Assembly (NCBI GenBank): GCA_965199715.1
Contig: OZ241322.1
Coordinates: forward strand, 1,568,001-1,632,000
DNA: 64,000 bases
Source of the DNA: Vicinamibacteria bacterium
GTDB taxonomy: Bacteria > Acidobacteriota > Vicinamibacteria > Marinacidobacterales > Marinacidobacteraceae
Direction: 5' to 3'
Within the stretch, counting starts at the first letter, position 1. The number at the start of each line of letters is the position of its first letter. Positions 1 through 9,743 of the stretch are shown here, in pieces. Made by a program: the position numbers and the translations under genes. Under the pieces are notes generated by a model. That model saw nothing but the letters and a program-made list of their open reading frames with translations. It ran no database searches and had not been told where the DNA came from.

Positions 1-1748
1 AGGCGGAGCGGGTCGAGGTCGTGCGGGGGCCGGCGACGCTGCTCTACGGGTCCAACGCGATCGGCGGCGCGGTGAACGTGATCTCGATGGCGTCGCACCT
101 CGCGCACGGGCCGCCGCCGGGATTCCGGGGACAGGCCAACGTGGACTACTCCACCGCCGACGAGGGCCGGCGCGCCGGCGCCCGGTTCCAGGCCTCCGGG
201 CACGGCTGGTTCGCCTGGGGCGGCGGCAACTCGAGCCGCACCGGCGACTACGAGTCGCCGACCGGCGTCGTCGAGAACACGCACAGCGCGATGGACCAGG
301 GCGAGGCCGGGTTCGGGCTCTTCGGCGACCGGGCGTGGTTCTCCGGCAGCGTCCGGATCGACGACTCGCGCTACGGGGTCCCGTTCGCCGGGGAGTTCCA
401 CGCCGCGCACGAGGGCGACGACGGTCACGACCACGGCCACGGGCACGACCATGGGGACGAAGAAGCGGAGGAGGAGCTTCTGGTGGACGTGACCATGGAG
501 CGGCGGCAGTTCCGCACCGACTTCGGCCTGCGGGAGCTGGGCGCGGTCTTCGAGGAGGCCGAGTTCACCGTGCGGTACAGCGACTACGACCAGGACGAGA
601 TCGAGGAATTCGTCGCGACCGGGGAGGAGATCACCGCCACCCACTTCGACAACCGCTCGCTCGTCGTGCGGGGCGAGCTCAAGAAGCCCACCGGCCGCTG
701 GACCAGCCGCGTCGGGATGTGGGGCAACTTCCGCGACTACGAGGCCGCCGGACACGAGGCGCTCGCGCCGAGGACCCGCCAGAACGTCCTCGCGGCCTTC
801 GCCTACAACGAGTTGGAGACTTCGGACCGGCTCACGTTCCTCCTCGGCGGGCGCGTCGCGCGCAACGCCTACGACACCGAGGACCGCGCCGAGGCCGACC
901 ACGCCGAGGAAGAGGAGACCGGCCACGAGGGACACGATCACGGCCACGGCCACGGCGAGGAAGAAGAGGAGGAGGCCCCGCCGGTCCGGGACCGGGACTT
1001 CCTCGCGGTCTCGGGCAGCGCCGGCGCCCGCCTCTCGCTGGCCGACGAAACCGCGCTGGTCGGCACGGCGAGCCTCTCGACCCGCGCGCCCTCGCTGGAG
1101 GAGCTCTACAACTTCGGCCCCCACGTCGGGAACCTCGCCTTCGAGATCGGCAACGCGAACCTCGACTCCGAGCAGTCGCTCGGCTTCGAGCTGGGCCTGC
1201 GCCACAGCTCGGACCGGTTCACCGGCAGCGCGAGCTTCTTCCGCTACGACATCGCCGACTTCATCTACGGCGTGGACACCGGCGAACGCGACGGCCTCCG
1301 GGTGCTCCAGTTCCTGCAGGGGGACGCCGTCTATCAGGGATACGAGGTGGAGGGGCACGCCGATCTCGGGCCGGCGGAGCTCGTGGCGAACGCTTCCTAC
1401 GTGGACGCGAAGCTCACCCAGACCGACGAGAGCGCACCGCGCATCCCGCCGCTCCAGGGCCAGTTGCGGCTCGACGTGCCCTTCGGCGAACTCCGGCTCT
1501 CGCCCCGGATGCGCTGGGCGGCCCGCATGAACCGGCTCTACGGCGTCGAGACCCCGACCGACGGCTACGCGGTGTTCGACTTCACCGCCTCCTACGTGAT
1601 CGTGAGCGCCCACACCGTCTCGAACATCTCGCTTCGGGCCTCCAACCTCACCGACGCCGACTACCGCTTCCACACCTCGCTCATCAAGGACTTCACCCCG
1701 AACGCGGGGCGCGGGTTCCAGATCAGCTACTCGATCCGGTTCTTCTGA
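1..1748 (+). CDS. TonB-dependent receptor, ZnuD-like with His/Glu-rich loops (5' partial)
   Basis: Plug motif ERVEVVRGPATLLYGSNAIGGAVN, beta-barrel strands, C-terminal Phe; loops HEGDDGHDHGHGHDH and HEGHDHGHGHGEEEEEE. Confidence 0.9.
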   Translation, partial: AERVEVVRGPATLLYGSNAIGGAVNVISMASHLAHGPPPGFRGQANVDYSTADEGRRAGARFQASGHGWFAWGGGNSSRTGDYESPTGVVENTHSAMDQGEAGFGLFGDRAWFSGSVRIDDSRYGVPFAGEFHAAHEGDDGHDHGHGHDHGDEEAEEELLVDVTMERRQFRTDFGLRELGAVFEEAEFTVRYSDYDQDEIEEFVATGEEITATHFDNRSLVVRGELKKPTGRWTSRVGMWGNFRDYEAAGHEALAPRTRQNVLAAFAYNELETSDRLTFLLGGRVARNAYDTEDRAEADHAEEEETGHEGHDHGHGHGEEEEEEAPPVRDRDFLAVSGSAGARLSLADETALVGTASLSTRAPSLEELYNFGPHVGNLAFEIGNANLDSEQSLGFELGLRHSSDRFTGSASFFRYDIADFIYGVDTGERDGLRVLQFLQGDAVYQGYEVEGHADLGPAELVANASYVDAKLTQTDESAPRIPPLQGQLRLDVPFGELRLSPRMRWAARMNRLYGVETPTDGYAVFDFTASYVIVSAHTVSNISLRASNLTDADYRFHTSLIKDFTPNAGRGFQISYSIRFF

Positions 1749-1818
1749 CGTGCGGCGCCTGACGCGCTCCGGCCAGGGTTCTCCGCAGAGAACCGACCAG
1801 AGCGCGGAGGGCGTCGTC

Positions 1819-2133
1819 GTGTTGCGAGGGCTGTTATTTCTTTCCTGCGGTCTGGCGCTCGCCGGCTCCGCCGTCGCCCGGACCGTCTCCGGAACCGTCG
1901 TCATCGAGGCGATCGGAGAACACGCCCACGCCGCGGAGGTGGTCGTCGTCGAGACCGGTCAGGTCGCCCACACCGACCACCACGGCCGGTTCGAGATCGA
2001 GCGCTCGGAGCGGGTCGGCGAGGTCACTTCGACGTGGCGCGCCCGACCAGGACATGGTCGAACTCGAAGAGCCGATCGTGCTTCACGTCGGCTGCCGGGG
2101 CGTCTCCGCTGGAGGCGTTCGGATCGGTGTTGA
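1819..2133 (+). pseudogene. Truncated N-terminus (signal peptide + carboxypeptidase-regulatory-like domain) of a TonB-dependent receptor
   Basis: GGAGG 8 nt before GTG1819; signal peptide then TVSGTVV...AEVVVVETGQVAHTDHHGRFEI; similarity lost at ~2030. Confidence 0.6.
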
Positions 2134-2760
2134 ACGTGAACGCCGGCCGCTGCCCGCCGCGCTGCTCCCCGAAGAAGGGGTTGTTGAAGTCCGCGCCGTC
2201 CACGATGAAGCTGTTGAAGATGCCGCGCTGGCCGTTGATGTTCAGCCCGTACCCGTCCGGCCCCTGCGAGACCGCGGCGCCCGGAATCAGCAGCGTCGGG
2301 TCGAGGAAGTTGCGGCCGTTGCTCGGCACCGCGTCCACGATTTCTTCCCTCAGGCGCTGCGAGCGCGTGACGCCGGTGGTCTCGGTCGGCGCCTTAAGCT
2401 CGCCGAACACGGTCACCGTGTCGGACGTCACAACCCGCAGCGTGAGGTGCAGGTCGAGCATCTCGCCGACCCGCAGGATCGCTCCCTCGATCCGCTCGGT
2501 CCCGTAGTTCGGATCCGGCGGAGCGACGGTCGGTCGTAGGTTCCCGGCGGCAGCAGCGACCGGGCGAATGCGCCCGACCGGCCGGTCTCCACCGTGGTCG
2601 AGAGGTCGGTCTCCCGGTGGCGGATCAGGATCGTCGCGCCCGGAACCACGTCGCCGACGGGATCCGCGACCTCGCCCCGGATCACGCCGGTCGTGGCGCC
2701 GGCCTGGCCCGCGGCTTCGGCGGCGGGAACGAGCGCGAGCACGAATGACAGCTTCCGCAT
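2024..2760 (-). pseudogene. Frameshifted, truncated Oar-type TonB-dependent receptor
   Basis: Frame 1: signal + GVIRGEVADPVGDVVPGATI...LLPPGTY; frame 2: PSNGRNF...INGQRGIFNSFIVDGADFNNPFFGEQRGG; barrel absent. Confidence 0.8.
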
Positions 2761-2798
2761 GAGGCGGGGATTATGGTCCTGCGGGTAGAGTCAGCCGC

Positions 2799-3932
2799 AT
2801 GAGCAAGATGTCGCGACGCAGCGTTCTGTCGGCCGGGGTCGGGATGGGAGTTCTCGGTCCCTTTCGGGCGCCGGCCGCGCCCACGCTGGCCACCGCGTCC
2901 AACCGGGTGCGGATGACCGGCGACGGGCTCGGGCTGAGCGTCGTCGAGCAGGCGCGGCTCTTGGCCGAGCTCGCGAAGGACGGCGGCGTCGCCCGCGATT
3001 CGTACTCGAACGGCGGCGTCGTGGAGGAGCTCGAACGCGCGTTCGCGACGGCGCTCGGGAAGGAGCGGGCGGTGTTCCTGCCGACGGGCACGCTCGCGAA
3101 CCACCTCGCCGTGCGTACGCTCGCCGGACCCGGAAACGGGCGGGCGGTCGTCCAGGCGGAGAGCCACCTCTACAACGACACGGGCGACTGCGTCCAGACG
3201 CTGAGCGCGACTCCGCTCGTCCCGCTCGCGCCCGGCCGCGCGACGTTCGCGCTCGAGGAGCTTCAGGAGACCGTCGGGCGCACCCGGGGCGGGCGCGTGC
3301 GGCGACCGGTGTCCGTCGTATCCATCGAGACTCCGGTCCGCCGCCGGTCGGGCGAGGCGTTCGACCCGGCCGAGATGGACCGGGTGACCGCGTTCGCCCG
3401 CGGGGAGGGGATCCGGCTCCACCTCGACGGCGCCCGCCTCTTCCTCCAGGCCGCCGTCGCCGGCGTGGACGTGAGGGACATCGCGCGCCCGTTCGACACC
3501 GTGTACGTGTCGCTCTACAAATACTTCAACGCTCCGTCGGGGGCGATCCTCGCCGGTCCGGCGGAGCTCCTCGACGAGCTCTTCCACGAGCGGCGGATGT
3601 TCGGCTCGGGCCTTCCGGCGGCCTGGCCGTTCGCGGCGATCCCGCTCCACTACCTGCCCGGTTTCGATGAGCGCTTCCGTGCGGCGCTCCAGGTCGCCGG
3701 AGCGTTCCGTCGCAAGCTCGGCCCGCCGTTCCGGGTCGAGCTCGCGAAGGGCGCGACGAACCTGTTCCGGCTCCATGTCCCCGGGGATCCCGCCGCCTTC
3801 CGCGAGCGCCTCGGCAAGGCCGAGGTCGATCTGGGGTCGCCGCGCGAGGACGGGAGCTTCCTCGTCGCGGTCAACGAGACCTGGAACCGCGCCGACGATC
3901 TCGCCGAGCGCTTCCGGGCGGCGCTTACCTGA
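2799..3932 (+). CDS. Threonine aldolase-like PLP-dependent (beta-eliminating lyase family) enzyme with Tat signal
   Basis: FLPTGTLAN, LHLDGARL, VSLYK (PLP Lys); N-terminal SRRSVL. Confidence 0.85.
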   Translation: MSKMSRRSVLSAGVGMGVLGPFRAPAAPTLATASNRVRMTGDGLGLSVVEQARLLAELAKDGGVARDSYSNGGVVEELERAFATALGKERAVFLPTGTLANHLAVRTLAGPGNGRAVVQAESHLYNDTGDCVQTLSATPLVPLAPGRATFALEELQETVGRTRGGRVRRPVSVVSIETPVRRRSGEAFDPAEMDRVTAFARGEGIRLHLDGARLFLQAAVAGVDVRDIARPFDTVYVSLYKYFNAPSGAILAGPAELLDELFHERRMFGSGLPAAWPFAAIPLHYLPGFDERFRAALQVAGAFRRKLGPPFRVELAKGATNLFRLHVPGDPAAFRERLGKAEVDLGSPREDGSFLVAVNETWNRADDLAERFRAALT

Positions 3933-5121
3933 CGATCCGGCCCCGGGCCATCGCGAGCCGCACCCGCCCCAGCGCGCGGACATCCCGGCTGGGGTCGCCC
4001 TCGACGACGACGAGGTCCGCGACGTAGCCCGGCGCGAGCGTCCCGATCTCGTCGCCGAGGCCGAGCGACTCGGCGGCTAGCGAGGTGAGGCTCACCACGA
4101 GATCCCCGGGGTCCTGCCCGCCCCGCTCCACCCGGGCGAACGCCTCGCGGGCGTTGTGGCCGTGTGCTCCGGCGACCGCGTCCGTCCCGAAGACCACTCG
4201 CAGCCCGTCGGTCGCGAGCGCGGTCCGGAACACGTCCATCCGGCCCTCGAGGTTCTCCTCCATCAGCCGGAACCCCTCCTCGGTGTAGTTCCCGATCCCC
4301 AGGTATCGCTCCTTGTTCTCGAGGTAATTCGCGACGATGAGGTACGTGTTCGGGTCGAAGAAGAGCCCCTCCTCGGCGAGAAGCTCGAGCGTCGCCGGGT
4401 CCAGCAGCGATCCGTGCTCGATCGTGGTGCATCCGGCCCGGGCGGCGCGGGTCGCGCTCACCGGGCCGTGGGCATGGACGAGCGTCCGCAGCCCGCGCTC
4501 CCTCGCCGCGCCGCAGGCGGCTTCGAGCTGCTCCGCCGACAGGGTGGGGCCGCCGCCGTCGCGGCTGCTCTCGGACGCGAAGATCTTGATCGCGTCGGCT
4601 CCGAGGTCAGCGAGCCGATGCGCCTCGGCGGCGAGCTCGTCCGGGCCTCCGGTTCGCGCCGCGAGGCTCCCGAGCGAGCTCAGGATGCGGGGACCGGGAA
4701 CCCGCCCCCGCCGGATCGCGTCGCGGACCGGTCCGTCCACCGGATCGCCGAGGCTCTGGACCGTCGTGAAGCCGGCCTCCAGCATCAGCATCCCGTTTTC
4801 CACCGCGTGAACCGCGGCGGCCGCGGGCGAAGCGCCCCGCGCCAGCCGTCCCTCCCCGTCGAAATGCCAGCTCAGGTGGACGTGCGTGTCGATGAAGCCG
4901 GGGAGGATCGTCCCGCCGGGGAAGTCGAGCGTCGCGTCCGGCAGTTCCGAGCGCGGCGCAACCGCGACGATCCGCCCGTCCCGGACCATCACCCCGTGGT
5001 CCTCGAGGACGCCGCCGCGCCCGTCGAGCACGCGGTCGGCGGCGATGACCGCCGTCCCCGGAGGAGCCGGCTCGCCGCAGCTCGCGGCGAGGAGGAGAAC
5101 GAGCGCCCGGAGGCGGCTCAA
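3925..5121 (-). CDS. Metal-dependent amidohydrolase, lipoprotein
   Basis: TTG overlapping upstream stop; lipobox LLLAASC; PGFIDTHVH, VHAHG, IEHG, FGTDA, PGYVADLVV. Confidence 0.88.
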   Translation of the reverse strand: MSRLRALVLLLAASCGEPAPPGTAVIAADRVLDGRGGVLEDHGVMVRDGRIVAVAPRSELPDATLDFPGGTILPGFIDTHVHLSWHFDGEGRLARGASPAAAAVHAVENGMLMLEAGFTTVQSLGDPVDGPVRDAIRRGRVPGPRILSSLGSLAARTGGPDELAAEAHRLADLGADAIKIFASESSRDGGGPTLSAEQLEAACGAARERGLRTLVHAHGPVSATRAARAGCTTIEHGSLLDPATLELLAEEGLFFDPNTYLIVANYLENKERYLGIGNYTEEGFRLMEENLEGRMDVFRTALATDGLRVVFGTDAVAGAHGHNAREAFARVERGGQDPGDLVVSLTSLAAESLGLGDEIGTLAPGYVADLVVVEGDPSRDVRALGRVRLAMARGRIVR

Positions 5122-6326
5122 CTCCACAGCCCGAGCACTCTCCCGAGAGTGAAGCCGGCGATGACCGCCACCACGAGGATCCCCAGCACGTTGGCGAGCC
5201 GGCCGTTGCGGGCCGCCCCGACGATGGACTTGCGGTTCACGACGACGAGCAGCAGGATGAGCGTCAGCGGCAGCACGACCCCGTTGCCCGCCTGCGCGAG
5301 CACGATGATCTGGTAGGGGGACGCGCCGAGGATCGTCCCGAACAGCATGCCGCTCAGCAGCACGAACGCCCACAGCGCCCGGAAGCGGCCGCTCTTCAGG
5401 TCGGCCTTCCACCCGAACGCGCCGGCCGCGGCGTAGGCGCCGGCGAGCGGCGCGGTGACCGCCGAGGTCAGCCCGGCGGCGAAGAGGCCGATTCCGAAGA
5501 ACAGCGGCGCCGCCGGCCCGAGCAGCGGCTCGAGCTGCTCCGCCACGGCCGCGGCGTTCGCGGCCTCGGCGCCCTGCCCGAAGAGGCGCGACGCCGAGAC
5601 CACGACCGCCGTCGTGATGAGCCCGCCGAGCGCCACCGAGAACAGGATGTCCCGGCGACTCTCCTTGATGTTCTCGGCGGTCCGGTCCGCGTCGGGCCAG
5701 CGCTCCATCGAGGTGCTGGCGTGCAGGAACAGGTTGTAGGAGACGACCGTGGTGCCGATGAGCGCCATGACGGTGAGCGTCGAGCCGTCCGGGATCGTGG
5801 GCACGAGGAACCCGGAGACGAGATCGCCGACGCTCGGCGCGGTCATCACCGCGACCACGCAGAAGACCACGCTCATGAGCCCCACGAGGAAGACCAGCGC
5901 GTTCTGGATCGTCTTGTAGGCCCCGGTGAGCAACAGCCCGCCTGCGGCGCCGCCGATGACGAGCACCAGCAGCCACTGCGGGACGCCGGTGATGAGGCTC
6001 ACCCCGAGCGCGGCCCCGAGCAGGTTGCCGGTCTGGAACGCGGCGTTGCCCAGCAGGATCGTGACCGCGATCAGGCCGAGGACGAGGACCTGCGCGGCGG
6101 GGCCTCCGAGGCTGTCGCGGATGGCCTCCGCGAGCCCGCGCCGGCCGGCGATCCCGACCCGCGCCGCCATGTCCTGGAGCACGCAGGTGGCGAAGACCGC
6201 GAAGAGCACGGTCCACAGCAGCGCGAGGCCGTAGCCGGCGCCGGCGCGGCTCGCGGTGACGATGGTCCCCGGGCCGATGAAGGCGGCGGTGACCAGAAAC
6301 CCCGGGCCTGGACGAAAACGGCTCAT
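5118..6326 (-). CDS. Nramp-superfamily (YcsG-like) transporter
   Basis: GPGFLVTAAFIGPGT, GTTVVSYNLFLH, multiple TM helices; lacks canonical DPGN. Confidence 0.85.
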   Translation of the reverse strand: MSRFRPGPGFLVTAAFIGPGTIVTASRAGAGYGLALLWTVLFAVFATCVLQDMAARVGIAGRRGLAEAIRDSLGGPAAQVLVLGLIAVTILLGNAAFQTGNLLGAALGVSLITGVPQWLLVLVIGGAAGGLLLTGAYKTIQNALVFLVGLMSVVFCVVAVMTAPSVGDLVSGFLVPTIPDGSTLTVMALIGTTVVSYNLFLHASTSMERWPDADRTAENIKESRRDILFSVALGGLITTAVVVSASRLFGQGAEAANAAAVAEQLEPLLGPAAPLFFGIGLFAAGLTSAVTAPLAGAYAAAGAFGWKADLKSGRFRALWAFVLLSGMLFGTILGASPYQIIVLAQAGNGVVLPLTLILLLVVVNRKSIVGAARNGRLANVLGILVVAVIAGFTLGRVLGLWS

Positions 6327-6330
6327 GAAG

Positions 6331-7809
6331 TCACTCGGCGCCGAGCGCCACGATGGGGTCCAGCCGCGCCGCGCGGCGCGCCGGCACCACGCCGGCCACC
6401 ACGCCGACGAGCACCGCCACGAGCAGCGAGAGCAGCGCGGTCAGGAACGAAAGGTCCATGGCGAGCCCGAACGCGCGCTCGACCACGAGCGACGAGATCG
6501 CCCCGAGCGCGATCCCGAGCACGCCGCCGAAGGCTCCCATCATCACCGACTCGGTCAGGAACTGGCCGCCCACGTCGCCGGTCCGCGCCCCGACCGCCAT
6601 GCGCAGGCCGATCTCGCGGATCCGCTCGCGCACCGAGAGCAGCATCACGTTCGAGATGCCGATCGCCCCGACGGTGAGCGACACCAGCGCGATCGCGAGC
6701 AGCAGCGCCGACATCGTCCGGCTGGACCGCTCGAGCGTCTGCGCGAGCTGCTGGAGCGTGGTCCGCTCGAGGTTCGGGATGTTGCCCGCCAGCGTGCGCG
6801 CCACGTCCGGGTGCAGCCCCTTGGACAAGACCTCGGAGGCCTGGGTGGAGACGGTGAAGTCGTCGGGCATCGTGTCGAGGATGCCGTGGCGTTCGCGCAG
6901 CAGCGTCGTGATGCCGCGGGCCACCTCGGTGACCCGTCCCGACGACTCGGCGGTGACCGTGATCGAGTTCAGGTTCGTCACGTTGAGCAGCCGGTGGACC
7001 GCCGTGAACGGCGTGTACACCGCGTCGAACTCGTCGTCGCCGAGCGCTCCCGGGTTCATCCAGTTGCTGCTTACCACCACGCCCACGACCTCGAACGGCT
7101 GGCTCCAGATCGTGACCCGCCGGCCGACCGGATCGTCCTCGCCGAAGAGCCGGTCGCGGACCACGCTGCCGAGCACGACGACCTGCTCCGCCCGGTTCAG
7201 CTCGCCCTGGGTGAAGAAGCGCCCGTGCTGGATCGAGAACGAGCGGCGGATATCGATCAGATCCACTTCCGTCCCGTGGAGCCGCGTGAACCAGCGCCGG
7301 TCGGCGCTGAAGATGCGCACGCTCTCGTGGACTCCGGAGGCCGCGTTGGAGACTCCGGGCATCCGCGAGATCGCATCGGCGTCGTCCTGCGTCAGGGTCG
7401 CCGCGCCGCCGAGTCCGGCCGCCGAGTCGCCGAGTCGTTCGGCCGCGGTCGGATGGTCGTGCTTCTCCATCGGGTCGTTTTCCGGATGCGCGAGCGCGAC
7501 CGGCTCGACCTTCCGCAGCAGCCGCTCGAAGAGCCCCGGGTCCAGCGACGCCCCGTGCCGGGTGGGAGCCTCGGTTCCGCCGAGCGGGCGCTCGCCCCGG
7601 GTGCGGTAGTTGCCGGCGGTGATCTCGATGACGTTCAGCCCGGCGGCCCGGACCTGCCGCTGGATCGAGTTCTGGGCGCCGCGCCCGAGCGCGATCGTGG
7701 TCATCAGCGCCGCGACCCCGATGGCGAGGCCGGTCAGCGTCAGCCCGGTGCGCAGCGGGTAGCGCCGCAGGCTCTGACGCGCGACCTCGACCGCCGTGTC
7801 GCGGGCCAT
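6331..7809 (-). CDS. MacB/FtsX-type ABC transporter permease
   Basis: LTLTGLAIGVAA, VGAIGISNVMLLSVRERIREIGLRMAVGA, PARRAARLDPIVAL. Confidence 0.9.
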   Translation of the reverse strand: MARDTAVEVARQSLRRYPLRTGLTLTGLAIGVAALMTTIALGRGAQNSIQRQVRAAGLNVIEITAGNYRTRGERPLGGTEAPTRHGASLDPGLFERLLRKVEPVALAHPENDPMEKHDHPTAAERLGDSAAGLGGAATLTQDDADAISRMPGVSNAASGVHESVRIFSADRRWFTRLHGTEVDLIDIRRSFSIQHGRFFTQGELNRAEQVVVLGSVVRDRLFGEDDPVGRRVTIWSQPFEVVGVVVSSNWMNPGALGDDEFDAVYTPFTAVHRLLNVTNLNSITVTAESSGRVTEVARGITTLLRERHGILDTMPDDFTVSTQASEVLSKGLHPDVARTLAGNIPNLERTTLQQLAQTLERSSRTMSALLLAIALVSLTVGAIGISNVMLLSVRERIREIGLRMAVGARTGDVGGQFLTESVMMGAFGGVLGIALGAISSLVVERAFGLAMDLSFLTALLSLLVAVLVGVVAGVVPARRAARLDPIVALGAE

Positions 7810-7822
7810 CCGGCGGCGGGAG

Positions 7823-8542
7823 TCACCCCGCGCTTTCGTTGCGGATCCTTCCATCTTCGATCTCCACCCGCCGGGTGGCGTACTGGGCCACCTGTCGGTC
7901 GTGCGTGATCATCACGACCGTCAGGCCCCGTTCCCGGTTCAGCCGGGCGAACGTGTCGAGGATCTCGCGCCCGGTCCTTGTGTCCAGATTGCCCGTGGGC
8001 TCGTCGGCGAGCAGCATGCGCGGCCCGTTGGCGAGCGCCCGGGCGATGGCCACCCGCTGCTGCTGCCCGCCCGAGAGCTGGTTCGGCGCGTGCGTCGCCC
8101 GGTCCGACAGGCTGACGGCGGCCAGCGCCTCCTCGGCGCGCCGCCGCCGCTCCTCCTTCGGGGGCTTGTCCGCCCGGTACAGCATCGGCAGCTCCACGTT
8201 CTCGAGCGCGGAAGCCCGCGCCAGAAGGTGGAAGCTCTGGAAGACGAAGCCGATCTCCTCGTTGCGGATGCGCGCCCGCTCGTCCGGATCCAGCTGGGAC
8301 ACGTCCCGGTTCATGAGTCGGTACGAGCCGGACGTGGGCTGGTCGAGGCACCCGAGGATGTGCATCAGGGTGCTCTTGCCCGACCCCGACGGGCCGAGCA
8401 CCGAGACGAACTCGCCCGCCTCGACCGAGAGGCTCACGCCCCGCAGCGCCCGCACCTCGTGGTCCTCGCCGAGGACGTAGGTCTTGACCAGGTCCCGGAC
8501 CTCGATGGCGGGTCCGCCGGACGCGGCTTCGGGAGTTCCCAT
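7823..8542 (-). CDS. ABC transporter ATP-binding protein (MacB/LolD type)
   Basis: GPSGSGKST, LSGGQQQR, LLADEPTGNLD. Confidence 0.93.
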   Translation of the reverse strand: MGTPEAASGGPAIEVRDLVKTYVLGEDHEVRALRGVSLSVEAGEFVSVLGPSGSGKSTLMHILGCLDQPTSGSYRLMNRDVSQLDPDERARIRNEEIGFVFQSFHLLARASALENVELPMLYRADKPPKEERRRRAEEALAAVSLSDRATHAPNQLSGGQQQRVAIARALANGPRMLLADEPTGNLDTRTGREILDTFARLNRERGLTVVMITHDRQVAQYATRRVEIEDGRIRNESAG

Positions 8543-8738
8543 GCGTGGCTCTGCTGACCCGGGACGCGCCCAAGCCGACTCCCTAGTGTATGCGCTCGGC
8601 ATGCCGCCCCGCCCTCCGGCCGATGCGTCAAATTGCGGCATAGGCCGGACAAGAGCCGTCGCCCTCGCACGGAAGGCTTCTGCGCCCGCGGCTCGCGAAG
8701 GATCGGGCCCGGACGACGACGGAACAAAGGGAGGCTTC

Positions 8739-8891
8739 ATGCACATTGTCCGTGTCATCGCGCTGGGCGTCCTCATGGCGCTCGGCCTTTCGTGCAACAG
8801 CGGCGGCGGCGACGCCGCGCCCGCGCCGCCGCGGAAGGTCCTGCCGCAGGCGCCCTTGCACCTACCGCGTGGAACGCCCGTATTTCGATGA
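8739..8891 (+). pseudogene. Short or truncated lipoprotein
   Basis: SD AAGGGAGG; MHIVRVIALGVLMALGLSC lipobox; only 50 aa. Confidence 0.45.
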
Positions 8892-9062
8892 CCGGGTCGG
8901 CTGGTTCCGCTTCGATTTTCGGTGGTTCCCGCCGGAATCCCAAGGCACGGATCCGGTCACGACGCAAGAGCTCCGGGATTCGCCCTCCTCCTGACGCGCA
9001 CCCCGCCGTTCCTCAACGAACGCGGCGGCTCGAGCGCGCATTTCGTTCCGCGAAAGGCGCAT
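8862..9062 (-). pseudogene. N-terminal remnant of MmeI-like type IIL restriction-modification protein
   Basis: MRLSRNEMRARAAAFVEERRGARQEEGESRS resembles recalled MmeI-family start (MRLSWNEIRARAAxF..EKGETQSF); similarity ends after ~30 aa. Confidence 0.65.
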
Positions 9063-9306
9063 GGATTCAGGCAAGGACCCGCACAGCGATAAAGTGGAAG
9101 GAATGGCCAAACAGATGCGCAGGGGTGGGCCGCCTCCTCCCGATCCGCACTTCGCGAAGGACTGGCGCGAACAGATCAAGGCGCGCCTCGCCGCCCAGGT
9201 CGAGGCCGGAGGCACGCTGTACGGGGTTCGGGCCGACGGCGCCTATGTCGCCCGCACCAAACATGGCGAACGAGTCATCGCGCCGGCCAAGCGGGATTCC
9301 GAGTAA
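9061..9306 (+). CDS. Small hypothetical protein, possible partner of downstream ATPase
   Basis: 81-aa ORF (true start may be ATG9103) 24 nt upstream of COG4185-like gene. Confidence 0.5.
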   Translation: MDSGKDPHSDKVEGMAKQMRRGGPPPPDPHFAKDWREQIKARLAAQVEAGGTLYGVRADGAYVARTKHGERVIAPAKRDSE

Positions 9307-9330
9307 GCCGGCGGAACGACCGCTCTCCGC

Positions 9331-9743
9331 GTGCCCACGCTCTTGGTCGTGGCGGGACCAAACGGCTGCGGTAAATCCACCTTGACCCAGACAACCGGCT
9401 TTCGCGGATTCAAGATCATCGACCCGGATGCGATCATGCGTGAACTGGGGACCGACAGTGGAGCGCATGCGGCCAGGGAGGCGCTGCACCGGAGGCGGAC
9501 CGCCTTGCCCGCATTCGGAACCGCGTCGCGCTCGGCGGACATGACGTTCCCGAAGCGGACGTGCGGCGACGTTTCGACCGGTCGCACGCCAACCTCCCGC
9601 ACGCCATCAAGATAGCCCACAAGGCGCAACTTCACGACAACGCGAGCCCGGACGAGCCGCACCGGGAAGTCGCCGTCCTGATGGAGGGCCGCTGATGGGC
9701 CGCCGAGCGCCTCCCGCGCTGGGCGGCGCGGGTTCTTCCCTAG
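9331..9743 (+). pseudogene. Zeta-toxin-like/COG4185 P-loop ATPase with internal deletion and nonsense codon
   Basis: VAGPNGCGKST...IDPDAI, then another frame from ~9510 RIRNRVALGGHDVPEADVRRRFDRS...HDNA; TGA at 9693. Confidence 0.8.

Noticed and set aside
3925-6216. Long N-terminal extensions implying fusions (also trpA, trpB, trpC, accC, glycerate kinase, NUDIX ORFs)
   Set aside because: Extensions overlap neighbouring genes out of frame; real starts lie at stop/start junctions
9693-9695. In-frame TGA in the ATPase remnant as selenocysteine
   Set aside because: Not at a Cys motif, no SECIS-like hairpin, and the gene is already disrupted
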